Positions 19,811-20,833 of a stretch of 20,833 nt of DNA are shown here, in pieces. How positions within the stretch are numbered: the first letter of the stretch is position 1; each line of letters opens with the position of its first letter. The translations under genes were made by a program, and so were the position numbers. Where the stretch lies: NCBI GenBank assembly GCA_012060505.1, contig GCA_012060505.1_3027.1, one strand, 5' to 3'. The notes under the pieces are model-generated. The model had not been told where the DNA came from and did no database searches. It saw only the letters and a list, made by a program, of their open reading frames with translations. The stretch is from a phage.

Positions 19811-19850
19811 AAAAATTTTTGAAATAAAAAAGGGGACCTCTAGGGTCCCC
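19811..19850 (-). terminator. Intrinsic terminator downstream of gene 32
   Basis: Minus strand reads GGGGACC-ctaga-GGTCCCC followed by TTTTTTTATTTC, 20-25 nt after the gene 32 stop. Confidence 0.8.
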
Positions 19851-19872
19851 AATTAATTAGTAATATAATCTA

Positions 19873-20781
19873 TTAAAGGTCATTCAAAAGGTCATCCAGG
19901 TCCGTGTCATCAGCACTAGATGAACTGCCAGAGCTTGAGCTCATAAAATCATCTTCAGTTTTTGTATTGAAGTCATCAACATTGAATGCATCCAAATCAT
20001 CAGCAACTTTATCAGCTTTCTTAGCAGCAGTTGCAGCGGCACCACCCATCACAGCAGTTCCCATAACTTGACTGAACTTAGTGCTCAGTTCTTCAAACGA
20101 TTTAAATTTGTCTTTAGAAGTCATTTCAGAAAGGTCAACCATTTGTTCGAACAGTTCTTTCTGGAAAGATTCATCGTCAATGTTTGGAATCGCAGATTGA
20201 TTCAGGAATTTAGATTCGTCGTAGTTACTAAAACCAGAAACTTGTTTAACTTTCAGTACAAAGTTAGCACCTTCCCACGGACAAGTTACATCAACCGGAG
20301 TTTCACCCATTTCAACATCAACTGCAATCATTGCATTGATTTTATCCCAGATTTTCTTACCGAAACGATATTTAAATACTTTACCTTCGTTTTCTGGAGC
20401 AGCTGGGTCTTTTACTACAAGAATGTTAGCCCAGTAAGAAGTTTTACGTTTAACAAGACCGTACTCTTTATTATCAGTGTTGTACAAATCATTTTTACTG
20501 ATGTACTGACATACTGGGCAAGAATCGTAATCACCATGGGTAGATGAACATGTTTCAATATACCATTTACCATTTTTCTTGAAACCGTGATTTACAAGAA
20601 TTGCGAATGGTGCTTGTTCATCATTTTTAGACGGAAGAAAACGAATTACTGCTTGACCGTTACCCGCATTGTCGAGTTTCAGTTTCCACTCGCCTTTATC
20701 TTCAGAAGAAAAACCACCTTTATTTCCAGCCAGTTTAGCCATTTGGGCAGCGAGTTCAGCAGTAGATTTACGTTTAAACAT
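19873..20781 (-). CDS. 32: Gp32 single-stranded DNA-binding protein
   Basis: [50 protein letters not shown]... matches recollected T4 gp32, including the acidic Ser/Asp-rich C-terminal tail. Confidence 0.95.
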   Translation of the reverse strand: MFKRKSTAELAAQMAKLAGNKGGFSSEDKGEWKLKLDNAGNGQAVIRFLPSKNDEQAPFAILVNHGFKKNGKWYIETCSSTHGDYDSCPVCQYISKNDLYNTDNKEYGLVKRKTSYWANILVVKDPAAPENEGKVFKYRFGKKIWDKINAMIAVDVEMGETPVDVTCPWEGANFVLKVKQVSGFSNYDESKFLNQSAIPNIDDESFQKELFEQMVDLSEMTSKDKFKSFEELSTKFSQVMGTAVMGGAAATAAKKADKVADDLDAFNVDDFNTKTEDDFMSSSSGSSSSADDTDLDDLLNDL

Positions 20782-20833
20782 TTTTATTTCCTTTTTAATT
20801 TAATTAACAGTTGGCGCTATGACGATGTATGAC
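20782..20833 (-). promoter_or_regulatory. Gene 32 mRNA leader with the A/U-rich autoregulatory operator (partial; upstream pseudoknot region runs off the window)
   Basis: Minus strand ...gttaattaaattaaaaaGGAAAtaaaaATG directly upstream of the gene 32 start; T4 gp32 is known to repress its own translation by binding an unstructured A/U-rich leader. Confidence 0.6.

Noticed and set aside
20068-20832. Plus-strand ORFs of 159 and 81 aa
   Set aside because: Antisense to gene 32 and its leader.

Overview
This window is a contiguous block of a T4-like (T-even) phage genome, collinear with the T4 gene 30 to gene 32 region. Every gene I can support is on the minus strand, transcribed from high to low coordinates. 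Recognisable genes, from the high end: 32 (ssDNA-binding protein), a frd.x small-ORF cluster, frd, td, nrdA.1/nrdA.2-like ORFs, nrdA, nrdB, denA, rnlA, alc, a two-gene spanin pair, pseT, five cd.x ORFs, cd, 31.2/31.1, 31, rIII, nine 30.x ORFs, and the 5' part of gene 30 (DNA ligase), which runs off the window at position 1. Names rest on my recollection of T4 protein sequences and gene order; no database search was possible. I see no tRNA, rRNA, CRISPR array or transposon. Differences from T4 as I remember it: td and nrdB are uninterrupted (no group I introns, no I-TevI, I-TevIII or mobE), there is an extra ORF between frd and td, and an extra promoter-led three-ORF cassette between frd and the frd.x ORFs. 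The most interesting non-coding signal is a set of six T4 early-type promoters (GTTTAC, 17-18 bp spacer, TGnTAnnAT), several of which sit inside inverted repeats; the one upstream of alc has a 13-bp inverted repeat whose downstream arm contains the alc Shine-Dalgarno. Several ORF-track starts are GTG/TTG artefacts and I moved them to the nearest in-frame ATG with a Shine-Dalgarno. Coordinates of non-coding features were counted by hand and may be off by 1-2 bp, especially near homopolymer runs.
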